From Actinomycetota bacterium (lineage in GTDB: Bacteria; Actinomycetota; UBA4738; HRBIN12): a stretch of DNA of 64,000 nt. Positions 18,705-28,289 of this stretch are shown here, in pieces. The stretch spans positions 902,913 through 966,912 of the forward strand of contig BPGL01000001.1 of NCBI GenBank assembly GCA_026003015.1, read 5' to 3'. The notes below the pieces were generated by a model. The model was not told the origin of the DNA. It did not search any database and worked only from the letters and a program-made list of their open reading frames with translations. Position numbers and translations under genes: made by a program. Every line of letters starts with the position of its first letter. The stretch's first letter is position 1.

Positions 18705-19703
18705 GGCCCCTGCCCCCGAGGGGTCGTCACGACGTCGACCTCGTGGGCGGCGCGGAGCCACGCGAGGTGGTCGCGGTACCAGTCCACGGTGCGCGCCAGG
18801 CCCTCGTCGAACCCGACCTGGGGCCGCCAGCCGAGCGCCCGGAGCCGATCGGCGCGCACCCCGTAGCGGAAGTCGTGTCCCGGGCGATTCGCGACGGCGG
18901 TGATCAGCGACCGATCGGCGCCGGCGAGGTCGCAGATCCGCTCGGCGAGCTCCCGGTTCTCCAGCTCGTGGCCGTCGCCGATGTTGTAGACGACCCCCGG
19001 CCGACCACGCTCCAGCACGAGGATCGCGGCGCGCACCCAGTCCCGCACGTGGAGGAACTCTCGGCGTTCCCGGCCCCGGCCGTAGACCGGGATCGGCCGG
19101 CCCTCCAACGCGTTGATCGCATACGTCGGCACGACGCGCTCGATCTGGCGCGGCCCGTAGGCGTTCGTCCCGCGCACGATCGTCACGTCGACCCCGTAGG
19201 TCGCCGCGTACGCCTGGCAGGCGAGGTCCGCCGCCGCCTTGCTCGCGGCGTAGGGGCTACGGGGGCGGAGGGGGGCGTCCTCGTCGAACCGCCCTCCCTC
19301 GGCGGGGCCGGGCCCGTAGACCTCGTCGGTCGACACCATCAGGAGCCGCACGCCGGCGCGGCGGACGGCCTCGAGCACCGCCTGCGTGCCGAGGACGTTG
19401 CTCTCGAAGAACGGGCGCGGATCGTCGATCGAGCGATCGACGTGGGACTCCGCGGCGGCGTGCACCACCGCGTCGACGCCCTCGAGCAGCCCGCCGACGA
19501 ACCCGGGCTCGCCGACGTCGCCGTGAACGAACCGGAACCGCTGGTCGGCCTCGTGGTGCTCAAGGTTCGCCCGGCTCCCTCCGTGCGACAGGCGGTCGAC
19601 GACCGTGACCCGACGATCGGGTCGCTCGAGGAGCGCGTCGACCAGATGGGAGCCGATGAACCCGGCGCCGCCGGTCACGAGGACGTGTCGGAACCCCATG
19701 GGC
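18701..19703 (-). CDS. rmlB: dTDP-glucose 4,6-dehydratase
   Basis: MGFRHVLVTGGAGFIGSH..., and the YAASKAAAD (YxxxK) SDR-extended signature. The ORF upstream of the ATG at 19703 is an over-extension. Confidence 0.9.
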
Positions 19704-19746
19704 AGGACCCCCCGCCGCGGCCTGAACGGTCGGGGGCGGCGGGAGT

Positions 19747-20898
19747 CTACCCGCCGCCGGCTCGGTGTACGGCCCGATACAGGGCCGCGACCGTGGCGCG
19801 CGCGCAGCGCTCCCACGTGAAGGAGGCGACGCGCGCCGTGCCGGCCGCCCGCAGCACGTTCCGCAGGTCCTCGTCGGCAAGCAGCTCGGCGAGCCCCGCC
19901 GCGATCGCGCCCGGATCTTCCGGGTCGACGAGCACCGCCGCCTCCCCGGCCACCTCGGGCAGCGCGGAGACCTCGGAGGTGAGCACCGGGACGTTGGCCG
20001 CGAAGGCCTCGAGGATCGGCAGCCCGAACCCCTCGTAGCGCGAGGGGTACGCGAGCGCCTGGGCGCCCGACAGCAGGGCCCGTCGGTCCTGCTCGGATAG
20101 GTACCCGGTGCGCACGATCCGACGCCGCACGCCCTCGGGCAGGGCAGCGATCGCGCGTTCGACGCGGCGTTCGTACCCCGGAGCCCACGGCACCCTGCCG
20201 CCGGCGATCGCGAGCCAGACGTCGCCATCCTCGAGCATCGCGAAGGCGTGAACGAGCGCCTCGAGGTTCTTGCGCGGTTCCAGACCCCCGAGGAACAGGA
20301 CGTAGCGCTCACCCAGGCCGAGGCGCCGGCGCACCCGCTGGACCTCGACCTCGGGGGCGGGTCGGAACGCGTCGGCGTCGGTACCGTGCGGCACCACGTC
20401 GATCCGCGACGGCTCGACCCCGTGGATCCGCACGAGGTCCTCGGCCGTCGCGTTCGACGGCACGATCACGCCGGCCGCCCGATCGAGATGGCGGGCGAAC
20501 GCGCGACGCCATCGGTCGTCGTGGTGGGGGGCGGTCTCCGGCAGCACCTCGAACGCGAGGTCGTGGACGACGAGCACCGCGCCCGCGCCGGTCGGCGGCG
20601 GGAGGAAGTTCGTCGCCAGGACGAGATCGAACCCACCGACGAGCCACTCGAGCCTCGGTAGACCCGTCCGGGTCGTCAGGGGGCCGAACACCCGCGCCGG
20701 GATCCGCGTCGCTCGATCCTCGAGGTTCGAAGCCCAACCCCGGAAGCGGCGCCGACCCGACAGGGCCCCGCGGGCGTCGAGGTACCACGCCACGTAGCGC
20801 CCCTGCGGGTCGGCGGGCGGCACGTGGCGCAGGATCGCCGTGGTGTAGCGCCCCACGCCGGTGCGAACCGGATCGAGCGCTGGCCGAGCATCGATCAC
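19747..20898 (-). CDS. Family 4 glycosyltransferase (GT-B fold)
   Basis: RYEGFGLPILEAFAANVPVLTSEVSALPEV EX7E motif region and an N-terminal GT4_N-like domain. Confidence 0.8.
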   Translation of the reverse strand: MIDARPALDPVRTGVGRYTTAILRHVPPADPQGRYVAWYLDARGALSGRRRFRGWASNLEDRATRIPARVFGPLTTRTGLPRLEWLVGGFDLVLATNFLPPPTGAGAVLVVHDLAFEVLPETAPHHDDRWRRAFARHLDRAAGVIVPSNATAEDLVRIHGVEPSRIDVVPHGTDADAFRPAPEVEVQRVRRRLGLGERYVLFLGGLEPRKNLEALVHAFAMLEDGDVWLAIAGGRVPWAPGYERRVERAIAALPEGVRRRIVRTGYLSEQDRRALLSGAQALAYPSRYEGFGLPILEAFAANVPVLTSEVSALPEVAGEAAVLVDPEDPGAIAAGLAELLADEDLRNVLRAAGTARVASFTWERCARATVAALYRAVHRAGGG

Positions 20899-20943
20899 GA
20901 CGCGAACGGCGATCCCCCCTCGTACGCCCGGGCTGGCGGGACG

Positions 20944-22008
20944 CTACTCGACCTCGACGCGGCTGTGATCTCCGACGATCAGGCGCACGCCGGCGTTCGA
21001 ACCGCTGCGCACGACCTCCACCCCCCGACCGAGGATCGACGCCGTGAGCCCGTCGACGTCGACGACCCTGCAGCCGTGCAGCACGATCGCGTCGCGGATC
21101 GAGCTTCCGACGATCTGGCATCCCGGCTCGATCGAGACGTCGGGGCCGATCGTGCAGCGCTCGATGAGCGTGTCCGCACCGACGAACACCGGCCCGACGA
21201 GTCGGCTCGCGATCACCTTCGCCCCCGGCGCCACGACCACGTCCCCCTCGAGCACCGAGGCATCGTCCACCTCACCCTCGATCCGACGCCGTCGGGTCGC
21301 GAGGAGCACGCGGTTGGCCTCGAGCAGGTCTTCGGGCCGGCCCGTGTCCTTCCACCATCCCGACACCATCTCCGCCCGCACCGTGTACCCGCGGTCGATC
21401 AGCCACTGGATCGCCTCGGTGATCTCGTACTCGCCGCGCCACGACGGCGTGAGGGACCGGCAGGCCTCGAGGATCGACCCGTCGAACAGGTACACGCCGA
21501 CGAGGGCGATGTCGGACACGAACGTCGTCGGCTTCTCCACGAGCCGGACCACGCGCTCGCCCTCGACGACGGCCACGCCGAAGTGCTGCGGCTCGGGCAC
21601 GCGGGTGAGCAGGATCTGCGCGTCGGGCCGCGACCGCTCGAAGCCCTCGACGAAGCGCGTGACGCCTTCGACGAGCACGTTGTCGCCGAGGTACAGCAGG
21701 AACGGCCCTCCGCGGACGAACGGCTCCGCCGTGAGGACGGCGTGGGCGATCCCGAGCGGCTCGGGCTGCTCGATGTAGGTGACCTCGACGCCCCAGCGGG
21801 CTCCGTCCCCCACCGCTTCGCGAACCTCCTCGGCCGCGGGGCCCCGGCCCACGACGACCCCGACCTCGCGGATCCCCGCGTCGGCGACCGCCTGCAGGGC
21901 GTGGAACAGGATCGGGGTCCCGGCGATGGGGATCAGCTGCTTGGCCTGCGTATGGGTGATCGGGCGGAGCCTCGAGCCGGCTCCGCCCGACAGGACGAGC
22001 GCCCGCAT
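20944..22008 (-). CDS. rmlA: Glucose-1-phosphate thymidylyltransferase (long, ~355-aa form)
   Basis: MRALVLSGGAGSRLRPITHTQAKQLIPIAG nucleotidyltransferase motif and a C-terminal beta-helix region. Co-located with rmlB and rmlD. Confidence 0.85.
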   Translation of the reverse strand: MRALVLSGGAGSRLRPITHTQAKQLIPIAGTPILFHALQAVADAGIREVGVVVGRGPAAEEVREAVGDGARWGVEVTYIEQPEPLGIAHAVLTAEPFVRGGPFLLYLGDNVLVEGVTRFVEGFERSRPDAQILLTRVPEPQHFGVAVVEGERVVRLVEKPTTFVSDIALVGVYLFDGSILEACRSLTPSWRGEYEITEAIQWLIDRGYTVRAEMVSGWWKDTGRPEDLLEANRVLLATRRRRIEGEVDDASVLEGDVVVAPGAKVIASRLVGPVFVGADTLIERCTIGPDVSIEPGCQIVGSSIRDAIVLHGCRVVDVDGLTASILGRGVEVVRSGSNAGVRLIVGDHSRVEVE

Positions 22009-22017
22009 GGCGGCAGT

Positions 22018-23439
22018 CTAGGCGGACGGGCAGTCCATCGACGCGGGCTCGTCCGGCGCGGGCGGTCGGTAGTCGCCCCCCACGACGACGGCGGCGTCGA
22101 GCCCCTCGAGGCGCGGCGCCTCCCGCAGGGCCAGCTGGGGGAGGTACCGGCGAAGGACCTGGGCCTCGGCCTCGGCACCCGGACGGTACACGATCGCGCT
22201 GCGGCGCGGGAGCGCCACCCCGACGCCGGTCACCGGCCGGGGCTCGACCGCGAACCCCGCGGTCGCGAGGAGGTCGACGACCTCGCCAACGCGGTCCGCC
22301 GCGCCACGGTCGACGACGACGACGTCGACGTTGGCCTCCGAGGGCGGGGTGTTCACCAGCCGTTCCCCGACGCCGCCGATCGGCCGACCTTCGCGGATCG
22401 CGCTGAAGATCTCTCGCGCGGCCGGGTCCATCCGGACGATCGACAGCTGCTGCCCCTCGGGGCCGGTCGCCAGCGCCGCCGTCCCGGGCACGGCGCGGAA
22501 CTCCGCGTCGCCGGTCGAGATGCCCCGCAGCTCCCCCACGAGGTGGATGAGGTCCCCGGTCTGGAACCTCGCGTCGCGAGTCATGTTGCCCAGGATCGGC
22601 TCGATGAGGCTGGGCGCCCGCACGAGGTTCTCCGGCCGCAGCATCTGGTTGATCACCGCCCGAAGGAACTGCTGCTGCCGCCCGATCCTGGAGAAGTCGG
22701 GGATCAGGTCGCAGCGAAGGTGCCGCGTCCGGACGTACCCGAGGGCCTGAGCACCGTCGAGCCGCTGGCAGCCGGGGGCGACGTCGAGCCCGGTGAGGGG
22801 GTCTTGGATCCGCCCCGTGGCGGGATCGGCGAGGTAGCCGGGGAGGCACAGCTCGACGCCGCCCAACGTGTCGACGATCTGTTGGAACCCGGCGAGGTCG
22901 ACGTACAGAACGTGGTCGATCCGAAGCCCGGTGAGGTCGGCGACGGTCTCCGCCATGAGTCGGGGCCCGCCGCCGCCGATCCCGCCCTCGAAGGCCGCGT
23001 TGATCTTGTCCCAGTGCGCCGGTCGCCCGCGGTGGGCGGGGATCCGCACCCACAGATCGCGGGGGAACGACAGGATGATCGCCTTCTCGAGCTCCGGGTT
23101 CAGGTGGACGAGCATGATCGTGTCGGCGCGGGTCTCCCCTCCGATGTCGGCGTTCGTTCCGAACCGCTTCTGCTCCTCGGGCGACAGGCCTGCGCGGGAA
23201 TCCGAGCCCAGGATCAGGTAGTTGCAGGCCTCCACCGCGCACCGCCCCGCGGGCGCCGCCGGGCTCCCGCTCGGGACGACCGGGTCGTCGAGGATGCCCG
23301 GGCGCTGGCCGACGTCGCGGACCTCGAGGTACCGGGCGAACGCGAACCCCGAGGCCAGCGCCACGACCAGCGCGAGGCTCGCGCCGCCGGCCGTCAGCCG
23401 TCGCGCCCACCGCGTCGGGTCCTGGGAAGCGGGCCGCAC
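22018..23439 (-). CDS. LytR-CpsA-Psr (LCP) family cell-wall glycopolymer ligase with a C-terminal LytR_C domain
   Basis: An N-terminal TM segment, an LCP core (ADTIMLVHLNPELEKAIILSFPRD...YVDLAGFQQIVDTLGGVE) and a C-terminal LytR_C-like region. Confidence 0.85.
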   Translation of the reverse strand: MRPASQDPTRWARRLTAGGASLALVVALASGFAFARYLEVRDVGQRPGILDDPVVPSGSPAAPAGRCAVEACNYLILGSDSRAGLSPEEQKRFGTNADIGGETRADTIMLVHLNPELEKAIILSFPRDLWVRIPAHRGRPAHWDKINAAFEGGIGGGGPRLMAETVADLTGLRIDHVLYVDLAGFQQIVDTLGGVELCLPGYLADPATGRIQDPLTGLDVAPGCQRLDGAQALGYVRTRHLRCDLIPDFSRIGRQQQFLRAVINQMLRPENLVRAPSLIEPILGNMTRDARFQTGDLIHLVGELRGISTGDAEFRAVPGTAALATGPEGQQLSIVRMDPAAREIFSAIREGRPIGGVGERLVNTPPSEANVDVVVVDRGAADRVGEVVDLLATAGFAVEPRPVTGVGVALPRRSAIVYRPGAEAEAQVLRRYLPQLALREAPRLEGLDAAVVVGGDYRPPAPDEPASMDCPSA

Positions 23440-23676
23440 GTCGACAGCCTACCGGGGCGCGTCGGCGACCCTGTGCGCGGCCGCGGGCGTGTGGCATGAT
23501 GCGCCTTCCGACCACCCCATGACCGTCGACCGCTGCTCGCCACGCTCGTCGGCCTCGCCGAGGCCGGCGCCGGCGCACGTCCCCGCGCGCCGCGGACCGG
23601 GCCAGGCAGGTCATCCGCGGTGGGCTCGGCGACGAACACCTCCCGGCAGACGAGCGGGGTCGGCGGCACGGAACGC

Positions 23677-24282
23677 ATGGCGACGCGCGTCACGACGGGG
23701 GCGCCGGCGGTGATCCGGGCCACGGACGCCCACGACGCCGAGCTGATCCAGCGGGTGAGGCAGCGCGACGACCGGGCGTTCCGGGCCCTGTTCGACCGTC
23801 ACGCCCCGACGGCGCACGCGCTCGCGCTCCGCATCGTCCGCCAACGACAGCTCGCGGAGGACATCGTGCAGGAGACCTTCCTCGCCCTGTGGCGCTCGCC
23901 GGAGGCCTACGACGAGCGCCGCGGCTCGGTGCGCTCGTGGCTGCTCGGGACGCTGCACCACCGAGCGGTCGACGTCGTCCGCCGCGAGGAAGCCCAGCGT
24001 CGTCGACACGACCGGGCCCTCGCCGGGCTCGATCTGTCGGCACCGGACCACGCCGAGGAGGTCGTGCTCGAGCTCGCTCGGGACTCCGAGCGCCGTGCGG
24101 TTCGCGCGGCGCTCGAGACGCTGCCGCCTGAGCAGCGGGCGGTGTTGGAGTGGATGTACTTCGATGGGCTCACCCAGCGTGAGATCGCCGAGCGCGAGCG
24201 GCTCCCGCTCGGGACCGTCAAGTCCCGGACGCTGCTCGGCATGCGCCGACTGCGCGCCGCCCTCGCGGAGGACGAAGGATGA
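23677..24282 (+). CDS. ECF (sigma-70 family) RNA polymerase sigma factor, SigK-like
   Basis: Region 2 (DIVQETFLALWRS) and region 4 (LTQREIAERERLPLGTVKSR) motifs. I place the start at the ATG at 23677 (MATRVTT). Confidence 0.85.
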   Translation: MATRVTTGAPAVIRATDAHDAELIQRVRQRDDRAFRALFDRHAPTAHALALRIVRQRQLAEDIVQETFLALWRSPEAYDERRGSVRSWLLGTLHHRAVDVVRREEAQRRRHDRALAGLDLSAPDHAEEVVLELARDSERRAVRAALETLPPEQRAVLEWMYFDGLTQREIAERERLPLGTVKSRTLLGMRRLRAALAEDEG

Positions 24283-25001
24283 GGCCTGAGCACGAGACGA
24301 TCGAGGAGCTCCTTGCGGCACGCGCCCTCGGCGGGCTCGAGACGGACGAGGAGCGCGAGCTCGATCGCCTCCTGGCCGAGCACGGCGACTGCGAGGCGTG
24401 CCGCCGGCTCGCTCGGGAGGCCGCGGAGACCGCCGCGGCGCTCGCGCTCACGCTCGAGCCCGTTGCCCCGCCCGCCGGGATAATCGAGCGGATCCTCGCC
24501 GCGGAGCCGCCGACGACGGCCGCCGAGCCCGCGGACGAGCTCACGCGACGTCGGGCGGCGCGTTCGGCCCAACCTCCCCGCCGGTCGTCCCGACCCTGGT
24601 GGTCGGTCGGCGCCGTCGCCGCGGCGCTCGTGGCGCTCGTCGTCTCGCTGTCGGTCGCGATGCCGGGGACCCAGGAGATCCGCTCCGTCAACCTCGCCCA
24701 GCGGGTCGTCCGGTTCGAGGGCGACGCCGGCGTGCTGGCGATGGCCTACGCCCCCGGCCGGCCGGGCGCGATCTTCTGGGGACACGGCCTGCCCGACCTA
24801 CCGGCGGGCCAGGTGCTCGAGATCTGGATGATCGACGACGACCGGCCGACGAGCGGCGGGTGCGCGGTGCCGGTCGACGGGCGCCTCGCCCTGGCGGTCG
24901 ACGCGAGCATCGGCACGACCGACCAGATGGCGGTCACGGTCGAGGACGCGAGCTGCCCCGACGCCCCGACGTCCGAGCCGGTGCTCGTCGCCCCCCTGTA
25001 G
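24279..25001 (+). CDS. Anti-sigma factor (zinc-binding ZAS / RskA-like), membrane-spanning
   Basis: 4-nt overlap with the sigma gene. HGDCEACRRL zinc motif, a single TM segment (WWSVGAVAAALVALVVSL) and an RskA-like C-terminal domain. Confidence 0.75.
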   Translation: MRPEHETIEELLAARALGGLETDEERELDRLLAEHGDCEACRRLAREAAETAAALALTLEPVAPPAGIIERILAAEPPTTAAEPADELTRRRAARSAQPPRRSSRPWWSVGAVAAALVALVVSLSVAMPGTQEIRSVNLAQRVVRFEGDAGVLAMAYAPGRPGAIFWGHGLPDLPAGQVLEIWMIDDDRPTSGGCAVPVDGRLALAVDASIGTTDQMAVTVEDASCPDAPTSEPVLVAPL

Positions 25002-25052
25002 GGTCGTCGCTGCCCAGAGCCCGTCCCGGCCCGCGGCGATAGGCTGGTCCGC

Positions 25053-26246
25053 GTGCAGCCCACCGGCGATCCCCCGGCCGACCTGCGTCCGGACCGCAGC
25101 CGCGCCCTGATCGAAGCGGGTCTGGCCCTGGCCTCGGAGCTCGACCTCGATCAGGTGCTGCAGCGGATCGTGGAGCTCGCGGTGGACGTGACCGGGGCCC
25201 GGTACGGAGCCCTGGGGGTGCTCGGACCCGACCGGCGGATCGAGACGTTCCTCACGGTGGGGATCGACGAGGAGACCCGCCGAAGGATCGGCGACCCGCC
25301 GAGCGGCCGCGGGATCCTCGGCGTGCTCATCGAGGAAGCCCGACCGATCCGGATCGACGACCTCCGGACGGACCCGCGCGCCGTCGGGTTCCCCCCGAAC
25401 CACCCCCAGATGCGCTCGTTCCTCGGCGCTCCCGTCCGGGCGTCCGGCCGCGTCTTCGGCAATCTCTACCTCACCGACAAGCAGCACGCCGACGCGTTCG
25501 ACGAACAGGACGAGGCCGCGCTCGTCGTCCTCGCCGCCCAGGCGGGCGTCGCGATCGAGAACGCCCGCCTCGTTCGTGAGATGGGCCGAGCCCAGCGGGA
25601 GCTGCGACGCCTGGAGCTCCTGGAGGAGCGCGAGCGGATCGCCCGCGAGCTCCACGACGGCGTGATCCAGTCGCTGTTCGCCGTCGGGATGGGCCTGCAG
25701 GGGGTCGCGGCGGCGATCGACGACGAGGGGCTGGCGCACCGGGTCGAAAGCGCGGTCGAGGAGATCGACGTGGCGATCCGGGATCTGCGCAACTACATCT
25801 TCGGGCTGCGCCCCGGGATCCTCGCCGAGCGCGAGCTCGACAAGGCCCTCAGGGAGCTGGCGGAGGAGATCGAGGAGCGCTACGGAACCCTCGTGGCCGT
25901 CGACCTCGACGACGCGGCGGCCGCGGGGCTCTCGGCGCGCGCGGCCGACGTCGTCCAGGTCGCACGCGAGGCCTTGTCCAACGTCGGCCGTCACGCGCAA
26001 GCCTCGACGTGTCGGCTGAGCGTCCGCCGGACGGACGACGGCCTCGTGCTCGAGATCGACGACGACGGTCGGGGGTTCGACGCGACGCGGGCGCCGCAGG
26101 GGATGGGCCTGCGGAACCTCCGGGAACGGGTGGAGGGCTGCGGGGGGCGCGTCGAGATCGTGAGCAGCCCGAGCGAGGGAACGACGGTCAGGGCGTGGTT
26201 CCCGGGTGAGGGACGGGGCGACGGGATCCCCGCCCCCACCCGGTAG
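25053..26246 (+). CDS. GAF-domain sensor histidine kinase (HisKA_3/NarL-type partner, DosS/DevS-like)
   Basis: An N-terminal GAF domain, an H-box ERERIARELHDGVIQSLF and an HATPase_c domain with GMGLRNLRERV. Confidence 0.85.
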   Translation: MQPTGDPPADLRPDRSRALIEAGLALASELDLDQVLQRIVELAVDVTGARYGALGVLGPDRRIETFLTVGIDEETRRRIGDPPSGRGILGVLIEEARPIRIDDLRTDPRAVGFPPNHPQMRSFLGAPVRASGRVFGNLYLTDKQHADAFDEQDEAALVVLAAQAGVAIENARLVREMGRAQRELRRLELLEERERIARELHDGVIQSLFAVGMGLQGVAAAIDDEGLAHRVESAVEEIDVAIRDLRNYIFGLRPGILAERELDKALRELAEEIEERYGTLVAVDLDDAAAAGLSARAADVVQVAREALSNVGRHAQASTCRLSVRRTDDGLVLEIDDDGRGFDATRAPQGMGLRNLRERVEGCGGRVEIVSSPSEGTTVRAWFPGEGRGDGIPAPTR

Positions 26247-26249
26247 GGA

Positions 26250-27578
26250 TCACTCCACGACGAGCGCGGTCACCATGCCGAACATGCCGCTGGGTCCTTC
26301 GACGTGCGTGAGCACGTGGCAGTGGAACGCCCACGCACCCGGCAGATCGGCGCGCACGAGCAGGTCGTAGCGCTCACCCGGCGCGACGACGAGCGTGTCC
26401 GCCAGGTACCGGTCCTCGCGCGACAACGGGAACCCGTCCTTGCCGACGACGAGGAAGTGGAACCCGTGCAGGTGCATCGGGTGGAGTAGGTCGCCGTCGT
26501 TGGAGATGTGGATCAGGACGACGTCGCCGCGACCGGCGACGATCGGCTCGGTCGCCGGGAACGACTTGCCGTTCAGCGTGTAGCCCAGCGGCCCGTCGCC
26601 CAGGAACATCGTGAACTCGACGTCGGGCTCGACCCCGTAGACGCTGCGCCACTCGCCCCGAGGCGGCTCGACGATGAGCGCCCCGTACAGCCCCCGCGAG
26701 ACCTGTTCGGCCGCGTTGAAGTGCGAGTGGTAGACGTACAGCCCCGGCGGATCGACGATCTGGAACTCGTACGTCCAGTACTCCCCCGGCATGATCGGGG
26801 GTTGCGTGACGAACGGGACCCCATCTTGGTCGTTGGGGACCGTCACACCGTGGAAGTGGAGCGCGAACGGCTGGGACATCTGGTTGTGCACGAGGAAGCG
26901 CACCCGGTCGCCGCGACGCACGCGGATCTCCGGCCCCGGCACCTGACCGTTGAACGCCAGCGCCTGCTCGAACCGACCGGCTTCCACCTCCCAGCGGATC
27001 TCGGAGACCGTCAGCTCGAACACCTTGATCCCATCGACGATCGTGGGCGTGAGCGGACGACCGCCGCGCGTGTCGGTGACGCCACCGGCGAGGAAGTCCT
27101 GAACCCCCCGCTCGTGGCCCGCAGCCATCTCCTCGGCGGTCATCGAGGCGTGGTCGTGGGGCGTCGCGGTCGCCCCCGTCGAGGCGCCCCCACCGGCGGT
27201 CACGGTCCCGACCATGCCGAGCCGGTCGTGGCCGGGGACGGTGCACAGGGCCTCGTAGCTACCGGCCTCGAGGGCCGGCAGTACGAGCACCTCCGAGCCC
27301 CCGGGGTCGAGCAGCGAGGTCTCGTAGGTCTGGTCGCCGACGCGCACGCCGTACGTGTGCGGCGACTGCCCGGCGTTCGTGACGCGGACCGACACCGGCT
27401 CATCGGCTGGCACCGCGAGGTCGGCCGGCGAGATCGCGAAGTCGGTGAGCGTCACCTCGAGCGGCGTCGTAGCGGAGGCGGCCAGCGTCGCCTCGGCTAC
27501 CCCGTCGCTGGCCGCGCAGGCCGTCGAGAGGAGCGCGAGCGCCGCGATGGCCGCGGTCGCGATCCGGAGCTTGCCCAT
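26250..27578 (-). CDS. Multicopper oxidase (two-domain laccase-like) with an extra N-terminal type-1 cupredoxin domain; probable lipoprotein
   Basis: Signal peptide with a Cys (LALLSTACAAS). An N-terminal plastocyanin-like domain (H..CTVPGHDRLGM). All four MCO copper motifs: HFHG, HSHF, HPMHLHG and HCHVLTHVEGPSGMFGM. Confidence 0.8.
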   Translation of the reverse strand: MGKLRIATAAIAALALLSTACAASDGVAEATLAASATTPLEVTLTDFAISPADLAVPADEPVSVRVTNAGQSPHTYGVRVGDQTYETSLLDPGGSEVLVLPALEAGSYEALCTVPGHDRLGMVGTVTAGGGASTGATATPHDHASMTAEEMAAGHERGVQDFLAGGVTDTRGGRPLTPTIVDGIKVFELTVSEIRWEVEAGRFEQALAFNGQVPGPEIRVRRGDRVRFLVHNQMSQPFALHFHGVTVPNDQDGVPFVTQPPIMPGEYWTYEFQIVDPPGLYVYHSHFNAAEQVSRGLYGALIVEPPRGEWRSVYGVEPDVEFTMFLGDGPLGYTLNGKSFPATEPIVAGRGDVVLIHISNDGDLLHPMHLHGFHFLVVGKDGFPLSREDRYLADTLVVAPGERYDLLVRADLPGAWAFHCHVLTHVEGPSGMFGMVTALVVE

Positions 27579-27793
27579 CACGTCCTCCTCGAGGCTCGGG
27601 TTCGGTCTCGGCGTCCGGTCTTGCCCGTCACGGGCGGCCCGGCGTGGACCCGCCCGCGCCGAGCACGTCTCCGCGCCGACGACCTCGCCCATCGTGAGCA
27701 CGCGACGCAGCACCGAGGGGTGCCGATGGTCCCGACGCCCGTGGGACCATCGACCGTCGACGGGGCACATCGGTCGCCGGAGGCTGACGTGTC

Positions 27794-28288
27794 GTGTTCG
27801 CCCGGTACTTCGTCGAGCTCCCGCTGGCCGCCCCGGTCGTCGAGGAGCTGCTGCTTCGCGAGCCGGGCGCCTGGCTCCCGCTGATCGCGGAGGAGGCGAA
27901 CGGTCACGGCGACCGGCTGCTCGCCGAGATCGGCTTCGGCGAGGCGGTCCGCGTCCGTCGGAGGGTCGCCATCGAGCTCGGCGCGCCCGTCCGGATGCCG
28001 AGCAAGACGGTCGTGCCGCTGCGCTGGCGCCCGATCGGCGCCGGGGGGTTGTTCCCCGACCTGGACGCCGATCTCGAGATCGCGGCCCTCGGGCCCCAAC
28101 GCGCACAGGTCGCGATCAGCGCGCGCTACGTGCCCCCGTTCGGAGCGATCGGTCGGGCGATCGACCGGGTGGTGATGAACCGGGTCGCCGAGGCGACGAT
28201 CAAGGACTTCCTCGACCGGGTCGGCGACGCCCTCGCCGCCCAGGCCCGCTCGGACGGCGCGGCCGCTGGCGCGCCCGCACAGGGTTAG
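27794..28288 (+). CDS. Hypothetical protein (164 aa)
   Basis: ORF with coding-like composition immediately upstream of the response regulator, with only a 1-nt gap. No recognised domain. Confidence 0.4.
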   Translation: MFARYFVELPLAAPVVEELLLREPGAWLPLIAEEANGHGDRLLAEIGFGEAVRVRRRVAIELGAPVRMPSKTVVPLRWRPIGAGGLFPDLDADLEIAALGPQRAQVAISARYVPPFGAIGRAIDRVVMNRVAEATIKDFLDRVGDALAAQARSDGAAAGAPAQG

Positions 28289-28289
28289 G

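Noticed and set aside
20824-23614. Pair of about 800-900-aa ORFs (20824..23499 plus, 21272..23614 minus) across rmlA and the LCP gene
   Set aside because: Both are Arg/Gly/Asp-rich low-complexity and antisense or out-of-frame to the conserved rmlA and LCP genes.
26250-27578. Considered a copper nitrite reductase (NirK) because of the multi-cupredoxin architecture
   Set aside because: All four multicopper-oxidase His-x-His trinuclear-cluster motifs are present, including HCHxxxHxxxxM. That fits a laccase-like MCO, not NirK.
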